Below are positions 19,505-29,570 of a stretch of 64,000 bases of DNA, piece after piece. The DNA lies in contig CAWJWJ010000002.1 in NCBI GenBank assembly GCA_963846575.1, positions 160,001-224,000 of the forward strand, in the 5' to 3' direction. Position numbers and translations under genes: made by a program. The notes under the pieces were generated by a model. The model had not been told where the DNA came from. It made no database searches and saw only the letters and a program-made list of their open reading frames with translations. Position 1 is the first letter of the stretch; every line of letters starts with the position of its first letter. Source of the stretch: an uncultured Nitrospiraceae bacterium. GTDB lineage: Bacteria > Nitrospirota > Nitrospiria > Nitrospirales > Nitrospiraceae.

Positions 19505-20633
19505 GATGGGAGCGTGCAACCTCAGAGACGGCGGCGGGGACGCGGGACGGATCAGGCTCAGCGTCGCGGCGGCGCTCTTGCTGGGCGGCTCCGCCCTTAC
19601 CCTGCTGCCTGCCGTGGATGGCCCGAACGACTTGTTCGCCGCGCAACCGGCCGGACCGACTGAGCTCAGTCCGGATGAACAGGCGACGATTGAGGTCTTT
19701 GAGCGGGCGACACGATCGGTGGTGTTCATCGCCAATACGGCGATGCAGCGGGATCCTTGGTCCTTCAATCTGTTTGAGGTCCCGCAGGGATCAGGGACGG
19801 GCTTCGTCTGGAGCCGGCAGGGCCATATCGTCACGAACTTCCATGTCATATATGGTGCCGATGCGATCACCGTGACCCTGGCCGATCAAATCGAATACAA
19901 AGCCAAGGTCGTCGGCGTCGATCCTGACCACGATATCGCGGTGCTGCAGATTCAAGCTCCTGAAGCGGCGCTCCAACCGGTGACCGTCGGAAACTCTCAC
20001 TCACTGCGGGTCGGGCAAAAGGTGCTGGCGATCGGTAATCCCTTTGGGCTCGACCATACTCTCACCACCGGGGTGGTCAGCGCGCTCGGCCGCACGATCA
20101 AGTCGATGAGCAACCGGACGATCGAAGGCGTCATTCAAACCGATGCCGCCATCAATCCGGGCAACTCAGGCGGTCCTCTTCTGGATAGCGCAGGCCGTCT
20201 CATCGGCATGAATACCCAAATTGTGAGTCCGAGCGGCGCGTTCGCCGGAATCGGGTTTGCCGTTCCCGCCGACACCGTCAATCGGGCGGTACCGGAATTG
20301 ATCAAACATGGGAAACTGATCCGGCCCGGGTTGGGCATCTCGCTGGTGCCCGACGCGCTGGCGCGGCGCTGGGGCGTCCAGGGGGTGGTCATCGGAAAAA
20401 TCGGACGCGGCAGCGTCGCGGAGCGAGCCGGTTTGCGTGGAGCGCGGGAGACTTCCGGCGGCCGCATCGAACTGGGTGACATTATCGTGGCCGTGGACGG
20501 GAGGCCCGTAGAGACCATCGATGGATTCATGGGGCTGATGGATCAACGTAAGGTGGGCGATCAAGTCCTTATCGACTATGTGCGTGGTAACCGCAAGTTG
20601 CAGGTGACGGTCACGTTGCAGGCCATCAACTAA
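19497..20633 (+). CDS. HtrA/DegP-family (S1C) serine protease with one PDZ domain
   Basis: GSGTGF, VTNFHVI, DIAVL, IQTDAAINPGNSGGPL; C-terminal PDZ. Confidence 0.95.
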   Translation: MNRMGACNLRDGGGDAGRIRLSVAAALLLGGSALTLLPAVDGPNDLFAAQPAGPTELSPDEQATIEVFERATRSVVFIANTAMQRDPWSFNLFEVPQGSGTGFVWSRQGHIVTNFHVIYGADAITVTLADQIEYKAKVVGVDPDHDIAVLQIQAPEAALQPVTVGNSHSLRVGQKVLAIGNPFGLDHTLTTGVVSALGRTIKSMSNRTIEGVIQTDAAINPGNSGGPLLDSAGRLIGMNTQIVSPSGAFAGIGFAVPADTVNRAVPELIKHGKLIRPGLGISLVPDALARRWGVQGVVIGKIGRGSVAERAGLRGARETSGGRIELGDIIVAVDGRPVETIDGFMGLMDQRKVGDQVLIDYVRGNRKLQVTVTLQAIN

Positions 20634-20834
20634 ACCAAATTCCACGAGGCTCCTGCCGAACCATCCGTGAGGCTGATGCACGAGAGCGAGGTGCCAGGTC
20701 ACGCTGCAGTGGAGCGAAGCGTCCGCACGCCAGCCGATCCCCGTTCCCGACCTGCCGGACGCCGGTGATCCAAGGCGACAGCGACCTTGTCCACTGTGTT
20801 AGGATGTCCACAGTCAGATCAGCCGGAGGACTAC

Positions 20835-22586
20835 ATGAGCGACCATAGAAAATCGGATCAGCCTGAATCGGGAGGGCAACTGCCGCCGCGGCACGAGGGT
20901 TCGGCATCCGCTGATCCGCTCGAACTGATCGAGGAATGTCTGGCGGCCTTTCCCGACGCCGATCCCCGACAGAAGCTGCTCTACAAACTACGACATGTGA
21001 TGACGGCTCAATCCGTCGTCCAGGACCGTCGCGAAACGGAATTCAAGAAAATGAACGAGGTCGTGGCCAAGTTGACGGCACCGGCCAATCGTGTGGGCCT
21101 GCTCGTGGAGGTCCCGGCGGAGGGCCTGGCGCGAATCGTCGTCGGCGGGGCCGAATACTACGCCAACATCGACCCGCGACTGCCGGCGGAAGAACTGAAG
21201 ATCGGGACGCAGATCCTGGTCAACGAAGCCTACACCGTCATCAAGGCCCTGGGATACGACCGCAATGGTCCGGTGTTGAAGGTGGCTGAGGTGCTACCGG
21301 ACGGGCGTATCCGCTTCGAGCAGGATATGGGCCGGCAGGCGCTGATTCTCCAGCGCTCCACCGACCTGTTGGGCGTAGACCTCAAGGCCGGCGACGAGGT
21401 CCGTATTGAGCCGTCCCATCGAATCGCCATCGAACGGTTCGAGAATCGTCAAGCGCGGACGCACCTGCTGGACGAGGTGCCCCGCGTCACGTGGGAACAA
21501 ATCGGTGGCCAGCATCAGGCGATCGAGGCGATTCGGAAAGCGATCGAATACCCGCTGCTTCATGCCGACACCTTTACGAAATATGAGTTTACGCAGCCGA
21601 AGGGATTCCTGCTCTACGGCCCGCCCGGCTGCGGCAAAACGCTGATCGGACAGGCGGCTGCCGCCAGTTTGTCCCAACTCGTGCGCGCCTCGCAGGCCCT
21701 GACTCCCTCCGACGGGAAGGCCCACAGCCCACCGGTGACGAGCGGAGCCTTTCTGCACATCAAGGGACCGGAGATTCTGAATATGTGGCTGGGCGAATCC
21801 GAGCGGATCGTGCGGGACCTTTTTGCGAAGGCCCGTGCCAGACGCAAGGAGGGGGCGCTGCCGTTTATTTTTATCGACGAAGCGGAGTCCGTCCTGGGGA
21901 CCAGGCGGTCGATGCGCGCATTCAACATCAATAACACGCTGGTGCCGATGTTCTGCGCCGAAATGGACGGCATCGAATCCCTGCAGGACGTCGTAATCAT
22001 CCTGGCCTCGAACCGCCCTGACCTGATTGATCCGGCGGTGCTGAGACCGGGCCGCATCGACCGGAAGATCAAGGTCGCGCGTCCGAATCGAGCGGCAGCG
22101 GTCGAAATTCTGGCCGTGTATCTCACTCCGGCTCTGCCGATTGATTCCGAGTTGTTGGGACGGAACGGGCAGGATCATGAAGCGGCCCGTCGCTCCGTCA
22201 TCGAGCAGGTCGTGGAAAGTCTCTTTTCCCGGACGGATGAGAATCGGGTTTTGTCGATCCGTCTGCGGAACGGGCATCACAAGGTTCTCTATCGGGGAGA
22301 CCTGGTCAGCGGTGCCATTCTTTCCTCGATCGTGCAGCGGGCGAAGGAAAAAGCGATTGAACGGGTGATTGCTCAAGAGGGAACCGCGTCGGGTGGCGGG
22401 ATTCGCGCGCAGGACCTCCTCGATGCGGTGCATGAGGAATATCGGGAAGGTGAGATGTTGCCGCCTGATGATGCAGCCGAAGAATGGCTCAAATTGTTGG
22501 ATCACCATCCTGAACAGGTCGTCGGCGTGTCGTCCTTCCGCCGTGGACGGCAGACCGAAGAACGACTGGTGAATCAGATCATTTAA
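20835..22586 (+). CDS. arc: Proteasomal AAA+ ATPase ARC/Mpa
   Basis: N-terminal coiled coil and OB domains, GPPGCGKT, IKGPEILNMWLGESER, FIDEAE, RPGRIDRKI; first gene of the proteasome operon. ATG 20835 follows GGAGG. Confidence 0.93.
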   Translation: MSDHRKSDQPESGGQLPPRHEGSASADPLELIEECLAAFPDADPRQKLLYKLRHVMTAQSVVQDRRETEFKKMNEVVAKLTAPANRVGLLVEVPAEGLARIVVGGAEYYANIDPRLPAEELKIGTQILVNEAYTVIKALGYDRNGPVLKVAEVLPDGRIRFEQDMGRQALILQRSTDLLGVDLKAGDEVRIEPSHRIAIERFENRQARTHLLDEVPRVTWEQIGGQHQAIEAIRKAIEYPLLHADTFTKYEFTQPKGFLLYGPPGCGKTLIGQAAAASLSQLVRASQALTPSDGKAHSPPVTSGAFLHIKGPEILNMWLGESERIVRDLFAKARARRKEGALPFIFIDEAESVLGTRRSMRAFNINNTLVPMFCAEMDGIESLQDVVIILASNRPDLIDPAVLRPGRIDRKIKVARPNRAAAVEILAVYLTPALPIDSELLGRNGQDHEAARRSVIEQVVESLFSRTDENRVLSIRLRNGHHKVLYRGDLVSGAILSSIVQRAKEKAIERVIAQEGTASGGGIRAQDLLDAVHEEYREGEMLPPDDAAEEWLKLLDHHPEQVVGVSSFRRGRQTEERLVNQII

Positions 22587-22641
22587 CCACGAGCGGCTGG
22601 TACCTGGGCTCATACCTCGCTCGGCCAGGGACGAATCAGAC

Positions 22642-24162
22642 ATGCATCTGTTCGGTATCGAGACGGAATACGGGATCACGCGGGAGGATCTCGAGGTAGT
22701 CGATCCGGTCGAGGAGTCGATGGAGCTGGTCCGCGCCCACCTGACCGGCCGGTTCGAGCGTCGCTGGGATTATCGGGGCGAAGACCCGCATGAGGATGCG
22801 CGCGGGTTCCGTGTCTCCGGCCTGCAACAGGATAAGGAAGAAGACGATTTCGCCAAGATCGATGCTCATCGGCCCTTCTCGTTTCACGAAATGAAAAGTG
22901 ATCTGGTCCTGCCGAACGGCGCGCGGTTCTACAACGACCATACCCATCCCGAGTACTCCACTCCTGAATGTCGCACTCTCAAGGATCTGTTGGCGCATGA
23001 CCGGGCGGGGGAGCGCATCGTGCAGCGGGCCGCGGAACGCCGGAACCAGCATCTGGGCGGTGCGCATGTGCAGCTTTACAAGAACAATACCGATTTTCAT
23101 GGCCACAGCTATGGGTGCCACGACAACTACCTGGTGTCGCGCGCGCTTCCCTTTGCTCAGCTGGTCAGCGGGTTACTGCCGTTTCTGGTCAGCCGTCAGC
23201 TGCTGGCCGGCACCGGAAAGCTCGGGACCGAGGCGCAGGAGTCCGGCTTTGTGCCGGGGGGCTATCAACTCTCGCAGCGCGCGGACTTCATGGAAACGGA
23301 ACTGGGCGTGGATACGATGCACAATCGCCCGATTCTGAATACGCGCGATGAGCCGCATGCCGATCGGACGAAGTACCGGCGTCTCCATCTGATTCTCGGT
23401 GACGCCAACATGTGCGAATACGCGACTGCGCTGAAGGTAGGGACCACGAGGCTTGTGCTGGATCTCCTCCAGCAGGGGGGCGCGCCGGATCTTGAATTGG
23501 AGCATCCGGTCGCAGCGATCAAGCAGTTGTCGCGAGACCCGGACCTGAAGGCCACGGTGCGACTCAAGGATGGCCGCACGATCTCGGGTCTGGCGATTCA
23601 GGAGGCCTATTGGAATGCCGCGAGCCAGTGCAGCCGTGGCAGTGATCCGGATGCCGCTTGGGTCTTGCGGGAATGGCAGGACACCTTGCGCCTGCTCGCC
23701 CAGGATCGCAGTCAGTTGGTCGGGAAGCTCGATTGGGTGACGAAACACTGGTTGCTGGAGACGTTTGTCCGGGAAGAACGGCTTGCATGGGATGATCCCT
23801 GGCTGACCAGCTTGGATTTGGAATATCATAATATGAGTCCTGACCGGGGGTTGTTTCTCGGTTTGGAAGCAGAGGGGAAAACCTGGCGGATGACGAGCGA
23901 TCATGACATTGCCCGGGCCTTGTCTGTCGGTCCTGAGGACACACGGGGGGGACTGCGCGGACTCTGTGTCAGGCGATTCTCCGAGCAAATCACGACCATG
24001 CAGTGGGAACGAGTTCAATTTTCGGGAGGGCTCCGCGCGCGGACGCTTGAAATGGGTGACTTATTCCATCCCGATGACGTGCGGGCCTGTGCCGCCCTGT
24101 TTGAAACCGCGACTTCTCCAGCCGATGCCTTGGCTGCGTGGTCGAGACGAAAGGATGCCTGA
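22642..24162 (+). CDS. dop: Dop-like depupylase/deamidase
   Basis: GIETEYG, NGARFYNDHTHPEYSTPEC, YKNNTD..G.SYGCH, RPILNTRDEPHAD..YRRLH. Confidence 0.9.
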   Translation: MHLFGIETEYGITREDLEVVDPVEESMELVRAHLTGRFERRWDYRGEDPHEDARGFRVSGLQQDKEEDDFAKIDAHRPFSFHEMKSDLVLPNGARFYNDHTHPEYSTPECRTLKDLLAHDRAGERIVQRAAERRNQHLGGAHVQLYKNNTDFHGHSYGCHDNYLVSRALPFAQLVSGLLPFLVSRQLLAGTGKLGTEAQESGFVPGGYQLSQRADFMETELGVDTMHNRPILNTRDEPHADRTKYRRLHLILGDANMCEYATALKVGTTRLVLDLLQQGGAPDLELEHPVAAIKQLSRDPDLKATVRLKDGRTISGLAIQEAYWNAASQCSRGSDPDAAWVLREWQDTLRLLAQDRSQLVGKLDWVTKHWLLETFVREERLAWDDPWLTSLDLEYHNMSPDRGLFLGLEAEGKTWRMTSDHDIARALSVGPEDTRGGLRGLCVRRFSEQITTMQWERVQFSGGLRARTLEMGDLFHPDDVRACAALFETATSPADALAAWSRRKDA

Positions 24163-24164
24163 CG

Positions 24165-24359
24165 ATGCACTATATGCTCATGCCGGAACGCCGTGAGGGA
24201 CCCGGCGATCCCATGCCGAAGCCCTCGAGTCCTTCAGAAGAGGGGGGCGGGCCTCGAAGGCCGGACACGGGTTCGCCTGATAAGGATAACCTGCTGAAGC
24301 GAATGCGTAAGGTCGATCCCAAACAGGCGGAACGTTACAAGCAACGAACCGGTGAGTGA
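24165..24359 (+). CDS. ubact: UBact, prokaryotic ubiquitin-like modifier
   Basis: Small Pro/Gly-rich disordered protein between dop and prcB, ending LLKRMRKVDPKQAERYKQRTGE (R[T/S]G[E/Q] UBact terminus). Start may be 24165, 24174 or 24180. Confidence 0.92.
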   Translation: MHYMLMPERREGPGDPMPKPSSPSEEGGGPRRPDTGSPDKDNLLKRMRKVDPKQAERYKQRTGE

Positions 24360-24488
24360 GGCTGGCCGCCGGGAAGGGGAGGTGCACGATCGGGGTGGCG
24401 TGCGAAGGCCACCGTGGTAAGCCCGTCAGCCTGCCCGGGTCTCTTGGGGAATCGGAGTGAGAACACGTTGGAAAGGGTGGACAAGAGC

Positions 24489-25286
24489 ATGGGGATGCAA
24501 GGGGATTTTTTTCAGCTCTTGAAGGAGCAGGGTTATCAGTTTGGAAATCCTGTCGCCGCCGCGGCCGGGATCGATATTCCCAATGCCACGACGATCCTTG
24601 CGCTGAAGTATCGGGATGGCGTCCTGGTCGCAGGAGATCGCCGGGCCACGGCGGGCAACATGGTCATGTATGACCGGACCGATAAGGTCTTGGAAATCGA
24701 TCGCCATAGCGTGATGGCTATTGCAGGAGTCCCGGCAACCGCCTACGAGATGGTGCGCGTGCTGGAACATTCCTTCAAATACTATCGCCGTACGCAGCTG
24801 CAGGAACTCAGCTTTGAGGGAAAGCTCCGGGCCGTCTCCAAGCTGCTGAAGGAGAATGTGCCGGCCGCGCTGGCCGGAACCGGTGCGGTGGTGCCTGTTT
24901 TTGCGGGATATGACCATGAACAGGGTGCGGCCAAGATTTATTTCTACGATATCCTGGGCGCGGAATTCGAAGCGGTCGAATATGCCGTGTCCGGCTCGGG
25001 CTCGCCGACGATTCGAGGGATCCTCCATTATATGAATACCTGGGGACCGCAGCCCCTGGCCATGCTCCCCGAAGAGGAAGCGACGATTCACGCGCTCCGG
25101 CTGCTGACAAGTGCTGCGGAATTTGACTCCGCCACCGGCGGTGTGAACCGGGAACTCAATCTGTACCCCGTGATCAAGCTCATCACGGCGGCCGGAGTGC
25201 AGCCGATTGCAGGAGAAAAATTAAAACGTCTGTACGAAGCGGAAGTGGTACGCGGGGTCTCAACTCCGCCTGTCGTGCCGAGATGA
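24489..25286 (+). CDS. prcB: 20S proteasome beta subunit
   Basis: Propeptide, then T1 (nt 24588) TTILAL, D17 (GDRRAT), K33, GSGS, DSATGG. Confidence 0.93.
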   Translation: MGMQGDFFQLLKEQGYQFGNPVAAAAGIDIPNATTILALKYRDGVLVAGDRRATAGNMVMYDRTDKVLEIDRHSVMAIAGVPATAYEMVRVLEHSFKYYRRTQLQELSFEGKLRAVSKLLKENVPAALAGTGAVVPVFAGYDHEQGAAKIYFYDILGAEFEAVEYAVSGSGSPTIRGILHYMNTWGPQPLAMLPEEEATIHALRLLTSAAEFDSATGGVNRELNLYPVIKLITAAGVQPIAGEKLKRLYEAEVVRGVSTPPVVPR

Positions 25287-25318
25287 GCTGGTTTATCACA
25301 TCCTGAGGGTGACACGTC

Positions 25319-26158
25319 ATGTATGAAGAACCGTATCGGTGGGTCGAAGCAGTCGGCAATCGACGACAATATCTAGACGAACAATTCACCAAGGGTGCAC
25401 CGGTCGTGGCGTTGGCCTATGCCGGCGGCATCCTGATGCTCACCGTCAGCCGGGGGACCCCCAAGCTGTACGAGATCTATGATCGCATTGCCCTGGGCGG
25501 CATGGGGCATCCGGCGGACCTGGAAAAGTTGCGGTTCTCCCTGCTCGAGATGGCGCACGTCGAGGGATTTAATCGCTCGCCCTCCGATGTCACGGGCGCT
25601 CGCCTGATGAAGTACGGATTGGCTCCCACTATCAAGCAGGCCTTCGAAGAAATTTACAAGGCGCCGTTCATCGCGAAGATTCTGCTCGCGGAATTGGGAT
25701 CAAAGCCTGAGCGCGATTTGTTTTTGACGATCAATTATGACGGAACCTTTGAGGAAAGCCGTCGTCGGGCAGTGTTAGGAGCAACCGCGACAATTCAAAG
25801 GCGGATGAGCGACTATCTGGAATCGCAACCGGAATCCGGCCACACTTCTTTGGCCCAGGCTGTTGAAATCGCGCTCTGTGCCTGGGCGGTAGGGTCGCTG
25901 GCGCAGCTTTCCCATACGGCCGCGGACGGAGAGCCTACTGCCGGGCCCGGTCCGGCGGAAAAATCGTCTGAGGGTTCTTCGGCCATCCCGGGAAAGGCGG
26001 TTTTGTTGGGACATGTCCGCCAGACGGTCGTGGAAAAGGCGCTTGAATGTGTGTTGCTCGAACGCAACGGGCCAGGATCCTCAAAATATCGTGCACTCCG
26101 CACCGAGGACCTCGGTGCCCTGCTCCCGGCGGCCATGAAGGAGGCCGGCGCATCCTAA
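25319..26158 (+). CDS. prcA: 20S proteasome alpha subunit
   Basis: G.PVVAL.Y..GIL, KLYEIYDRI, SPSDVTG, KAPF; lies between prcB and pafA. Confidence 0.88.
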   Translation: MYEEPYRWVEAVGNRRQYLDEQFTKGAPVVALAYAGGILMLTVSRGTPKLYEIYDRIALGGMGHPADLEKLRFSLLEMAHVEGFNRSPSDVTGARLMKYGLAPTIKQAFEEIYKAPFIAKILLAELGSKPERDLFLTINYDGTFEESRRRAVLGATATIQRRMSDYLESQPESGHTSLAQAVEIALCAWAVGSLAQLSHTAADGEPTAGPGPAEKSSEGSSAIPGKAVLLGHVRQTVVEKALECVLLERNGPGSSKYRALRTEDLGALLPAAMKEAGAS

Positions 26159-26160
26159 CC

Positions 26161-27651
26161 ATGCTCAATCGTATTTTCGGCCTCGAAACTGAATATGGCC
26201 TGTTGGTGAATCAGGACCGACCTGATCACTCGCCCTCCTGGATTGCCCAGCGCATTCGCGATCACATTTTTCAGGCCGACCGACGCGGGCTCATGGATCT
26301 TCACCATCGAGGCCACGACGAGCCGCCCGGCAATGGGGGTTTCTTGACCAATGCGGGACGCATCTATATCGACATGGGGCATCTGGAGTATGCGTCTCCC
26401 GAATGTACGACATTGGCCGACCTGGTGGCCTCGGATCGCGCCGGAGACCGGATCATTCAGAATGCGGTCGCGGCGTTAAACCTGGACGAGACCGTGTCCC
26501 TCATCAAGAACAACATCGATCACGAAACCGACGCGACGTTCGGCTCGCATGAAAACTATCTCGTCACCAGACAATTCCCTTTCTCGCGCCGCGGACTTGG
26601 GCCGCTGGTGACGTTCCTCGTCACGCGTCAGGTGTTTACGGGGTCAGGCCGTATCGGTTGCGCGCGTGATCCGAATGAGTGGGTCCAGGTCGGAGGACTT
26701 ATCCTGCACAGGCCGGGGCTGCGGGATGCGACAGATCGGACGATTGTGCCGTTCCAGATCTCTCAGCGGGCGGATTATATCGTCAACGACTTCTTCGAGT
26801 GGGTGCAGCACAACCGGGCCATCGTCAATACGCGGGATGAGCCCCTGGCAGATCCTAATCAGTACCGTCGGATCCATCTGCTGTGCGGAGATTCCAATAT
26901 GGCCGAATACGCCACCGCGTTGAAAATGGGAACCACCGGTCTGGTCCTGCAACTGATCGAAGCCGGGCAGGCCCCGCGCGGGGTGGGCATCAACGAGCCG
27001 GTGGAGGCGCTCCAGGATATTTCACGCGATCCCGATCGTCAGTGGCTTGTGCAACTGGATTCGGGACATTCCATTTCCGCGCTCGATATACAGGAACAGT
27101 TTCTTGCGGCGGCGCAGCGCCATTGCAAGGGACAGGATGAGGAGACCGATTGGGTTCTGAAGGAATGGGAAGCCGTGTTGACCGATTTGCGAGGGGACTA
27201 TACCAAATTGGTGGGCCGGGTCGATTGGGCATCCAAGTTGTGGCTTCTGGAGACGTATCGGGAGGCCGAGCAGGCCGGCTGGGATGATCCTATGCTTAAG
27301 AGCCTCGATTTGGAATACCACAATCTGCACCCGGAGCGGGGCCTCTGTTATGGCCTGGAAGAGGAGGGGCGCGGCCCTCGGCTTACAACCGACAAGGCGG
27401 TCCATCTCGCGCAGGACAATCCGCCGCGCAACACGCGAGCGTTCGGCAGGGGCGAGTTGGTTCGACACCTCTTGGCCGGCGGTTCGCCGGAGGACCGTGG
27501 CGATGAGTTCGCGGACACTGACGACCGGCCGGACTGCGACTACATTATCAACTGGTCGAATTTTAAACTGCGGGGCACATCTCCGTTTTTTATGGCCGAC
27601 CCGTTCAAAACCTACGTGCAGGAAGTTCACGAACACATCGCCGGCCGGTAG
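26161..27651 (+). CDS. pafA: PafA-like modifier-protein ligase
   Basis: MLNRIFGLETEYG, GGFLTNAGRIYIDMGHLEYASPEC, HENYL, RAIVNTRDEPLAD, DLEYH. Start ATG 26161. Confidence 0.9.
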   Translation: MLNRIFGLETEYGLLVNQDRPDHSPSWIAQRIRDHIFQADRRGLMDLHHRGHDEPPGNGGFLTNAGRIYIDMGHLEYASPECTTLADLVASDRAGDRIIQNAVAALNLDETVSLIKNNIDHETDATFGSHENYLVTRQFPFSRRGLGPLVTFLVTRQVFTGSGRIGCARDPNEWVQVGGLILHRPGLRDATDRTIVPFQISQRADYIVNDFFEWVQHNRAIVNTRDEPLADPNQYRRIHLLCGDSNMAEYATALKMGTTGLVLQLIEAGQAPRGVGINEPVEALQDISRDPDRQWLVQLDSGHSISALDIQEQFLAAAQRHCKGQDEETDWVLKEWEAVLTDLRGDYTKLVGRVDWASKLWLLETYREAEQAGWDDPMLKSLDLEYHNLHPERGLCYGLEEEGRGPRLTTDKAVHLAQDNPPRNTRAFGRGELVRHLLAGGSPEDRGDEFADTDDRPDCDYIINWSNFKLRGTSPFFMADPFKTYVQEVHEHIAGR

Positions 27652-27658
27652 CTGCTGA

Positions 27659-28612
27659 CTACGGTTTCTTGCCGATCCGTTCCAGCCTGGCTTTCGACAC
27701 ATCGAACGCAAACCGCAATTGCACTGCATAGTACTTCTGGACGAGACCGGGTTGGTCCAATGGCCGGTCTTCTTCCCGGTAAAACGCCAGTTCCATATCA
27801 TTCCACCGCACCGCGATGCCGAGAATCCAGTCGAGTTCCGTGGGATTGAGCGTATTACCGGCATCCCGATCGGTAAAAAAATTCATATCGCCGTACAGCA
27901 CCACCCTGTTTTTATATAAATCAAGATCGGCATGGGCTACGTAACGGAAAAGGGCCCGTCCGGTATTGTTGGGGCGAGCAAAATAGTTTCTATTGTGAAA
28001 GAGCCATCCGCCCCCGGCGTAAGCGGTGAGATTTTGATGCGGAAAGGTCCCACGCCACCAGGTGGAGTCCTGACTCGCAAGAAAGCGCGCTGTCACGAGC
28101 GTATCGGCGTAGGCCTGTACGATACCGCTTCGATCCAGCGGGGCGTCACGCTCGTATTGGAGGCGCCAGTTGAATCGGTTCAGGGCACCGGTGAACGCGT
28201 AGGTGCCATCCCACTCGGAGAGTTGGATCCATCCGTTGGTACGGTCGGAAAAAAAGTTCTGATCAGTATAAAAGGTGAGGTACTGTTTGAAAAGATCTGT
28301 TTCCAGATGCAACATGTGCCGCATTCCGACCAGGCCTGAATTGTCGGGCCTGGCCGCGAAGGACGGATTCTTGACGAAGGCGCCGGTGAGGAGATATCCG
28401 CCGAATAATGGTTCTTCCTCCTCCCGGACTTCGTGTTCCGCTTCTTCCATGGAAGGGAGCGGGCGCCCGTATTTTTCCAGTCCGAAGGCCTGCACCGGGA
28501 AGAAAGACAAGACGGATAATAGACAACCGATCAACAGCAACAAACCGCGTGGGTCTCGATTCGGGTATTGACAGCACATCATTCTTGGCAACGGGCAAAA
28601 ACCTCTTCGCAA
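27659..28612 (-). CDS. Hypothetical exported/outer-membrane beta-rich protein with a two-fold internal repeat
   Basis: Signal-like hydrophobic stretch; repeated ARPxNxG...NFF[ST]DR...PLDxxGxVQxY unit; start uncertain. Confidence 0.75.
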   Translation of the reverse strand: MRRGFCPLPRMMCCQYPNRDPRGLLLLIGCLLSVLSFFPVQAFGLEKYGRPLPSMEEAEHEVREEEEPLFGGYLLTGAFVKNPSFAARPDNSGLVGMRHMLHLETDLFKQYLTFYTDQNFFSDRTNGWIQLSEWDGTYAFTGALNRFNWRLQYERDAPLDRSGIVQAYADTLVTARFLASQDSTWWRGTFPHQNLTAYAGGGWLFHNRNYFARPNNTGRALFRYVAHADLDLYKNRVVLYGDMNFFTDRDAGNTLNPTELDWILGIAVRWNDMELAFYREEDRPLDQPGLVQKYYAVQLRFAFDVSKARLERIGKKP

Positions 28613-29541
28613 TGATCCGAGGCATTGACCGACCGAGGGACGAACCGATATGCGACCCGGTCAACTCGCCCCTGATGAATGGTCACGATCGCCCGGCAGC
28701 CATGATGCACAAGGGGACAGCTGCTCTTGGAAGATGCCATGGACTCTTCGAGCAACGGTGTTTCCCGATAGTACCGAAGCCGGGTGAACTGTCCGCTCCG
28801 CCATTCGCGTAATGACTGGCCGGCACAGGTCAGCACCTGTACCTCGCTCTTTCCTCGCAACGAGAGCTGTTGCGGATATCCTTGAGTGGTGGGTGGGGCA
28901 CTGGGGCAGCCCAGTGCCAAGCGGCAGGGGTGATGGTGAGAATCCCTCTGAACGCTCGCACGGAGGTCGTTCGCATAAAGAATGTGTGCCCAGGGAGGAA
29001 TGGAGCACATTGGGTAGCATACCCGCTTAGTCAAAGCAACAAGGCCTGGGACGGTCTGAGGTGGACCCTGGACCTGACGCAATGTGTCTCAGGCCGCAAG
29101 TGCTAGGAGTGAGCAGAGAATAGGATGTTGGTACGGGCAGTCTTGGAGCATGGCGTCCACAGAGGGCCGCGATTGTCATGGCTCTAACTCGCGGCGATCT
29201 TTCTCCATATGCCCGGGCATTTAATGAGCCGAAGTCCATACTTATGTACGCCCTGTATATTTTGTGCGTACACCAACCGGAAATTGTCTCTCTCTCCACG
29301 ATCTGCAGATGATGATGTGAAGTAGGGCCGAATGGCTAGAGACAATCGGCTCATTTGTCGGCTGAGTAGGTTGTTTCTCTGCATGCCTGACCATGCACAT
29401 TCCACACATGCTGTGTAATTAGAACGTTTTGTGATCATTTGCGAAAGGTTGTCGCAGTGTTGAGCTTCCCAGACGTCTTATGTATCAGGCAACGACTGCA
29501 TTGAATGTTTTCTTCAAACGTCAATTCGCGGGTCAAGTAGG

Positions 29542-29570
29542 TTGAAAAGAATTTGTTAGTTAGGTAGTAT
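29542..29570 (+). promoter_or_regulatory. Putative sigma70 promoter for the PilZ-UndA-like gene
   Basis: TTGAAA-17 nt-TAGTAT in an AT-rich region. Confidence 0.45.

Noticed and set aside
21294..22679. 461-aa antisense ORF
   Set aside because: Shadow of arc in high-GC DNA; no motifs.
28579..29438. Cluster of short ORFs and a GGCACTGGG/CCCAGTGCC hairpin (~28897-28918)
   Set aside because: Mutually overlapping, no RBS or recognisable motif; no match to a riboswitch family I recognise.
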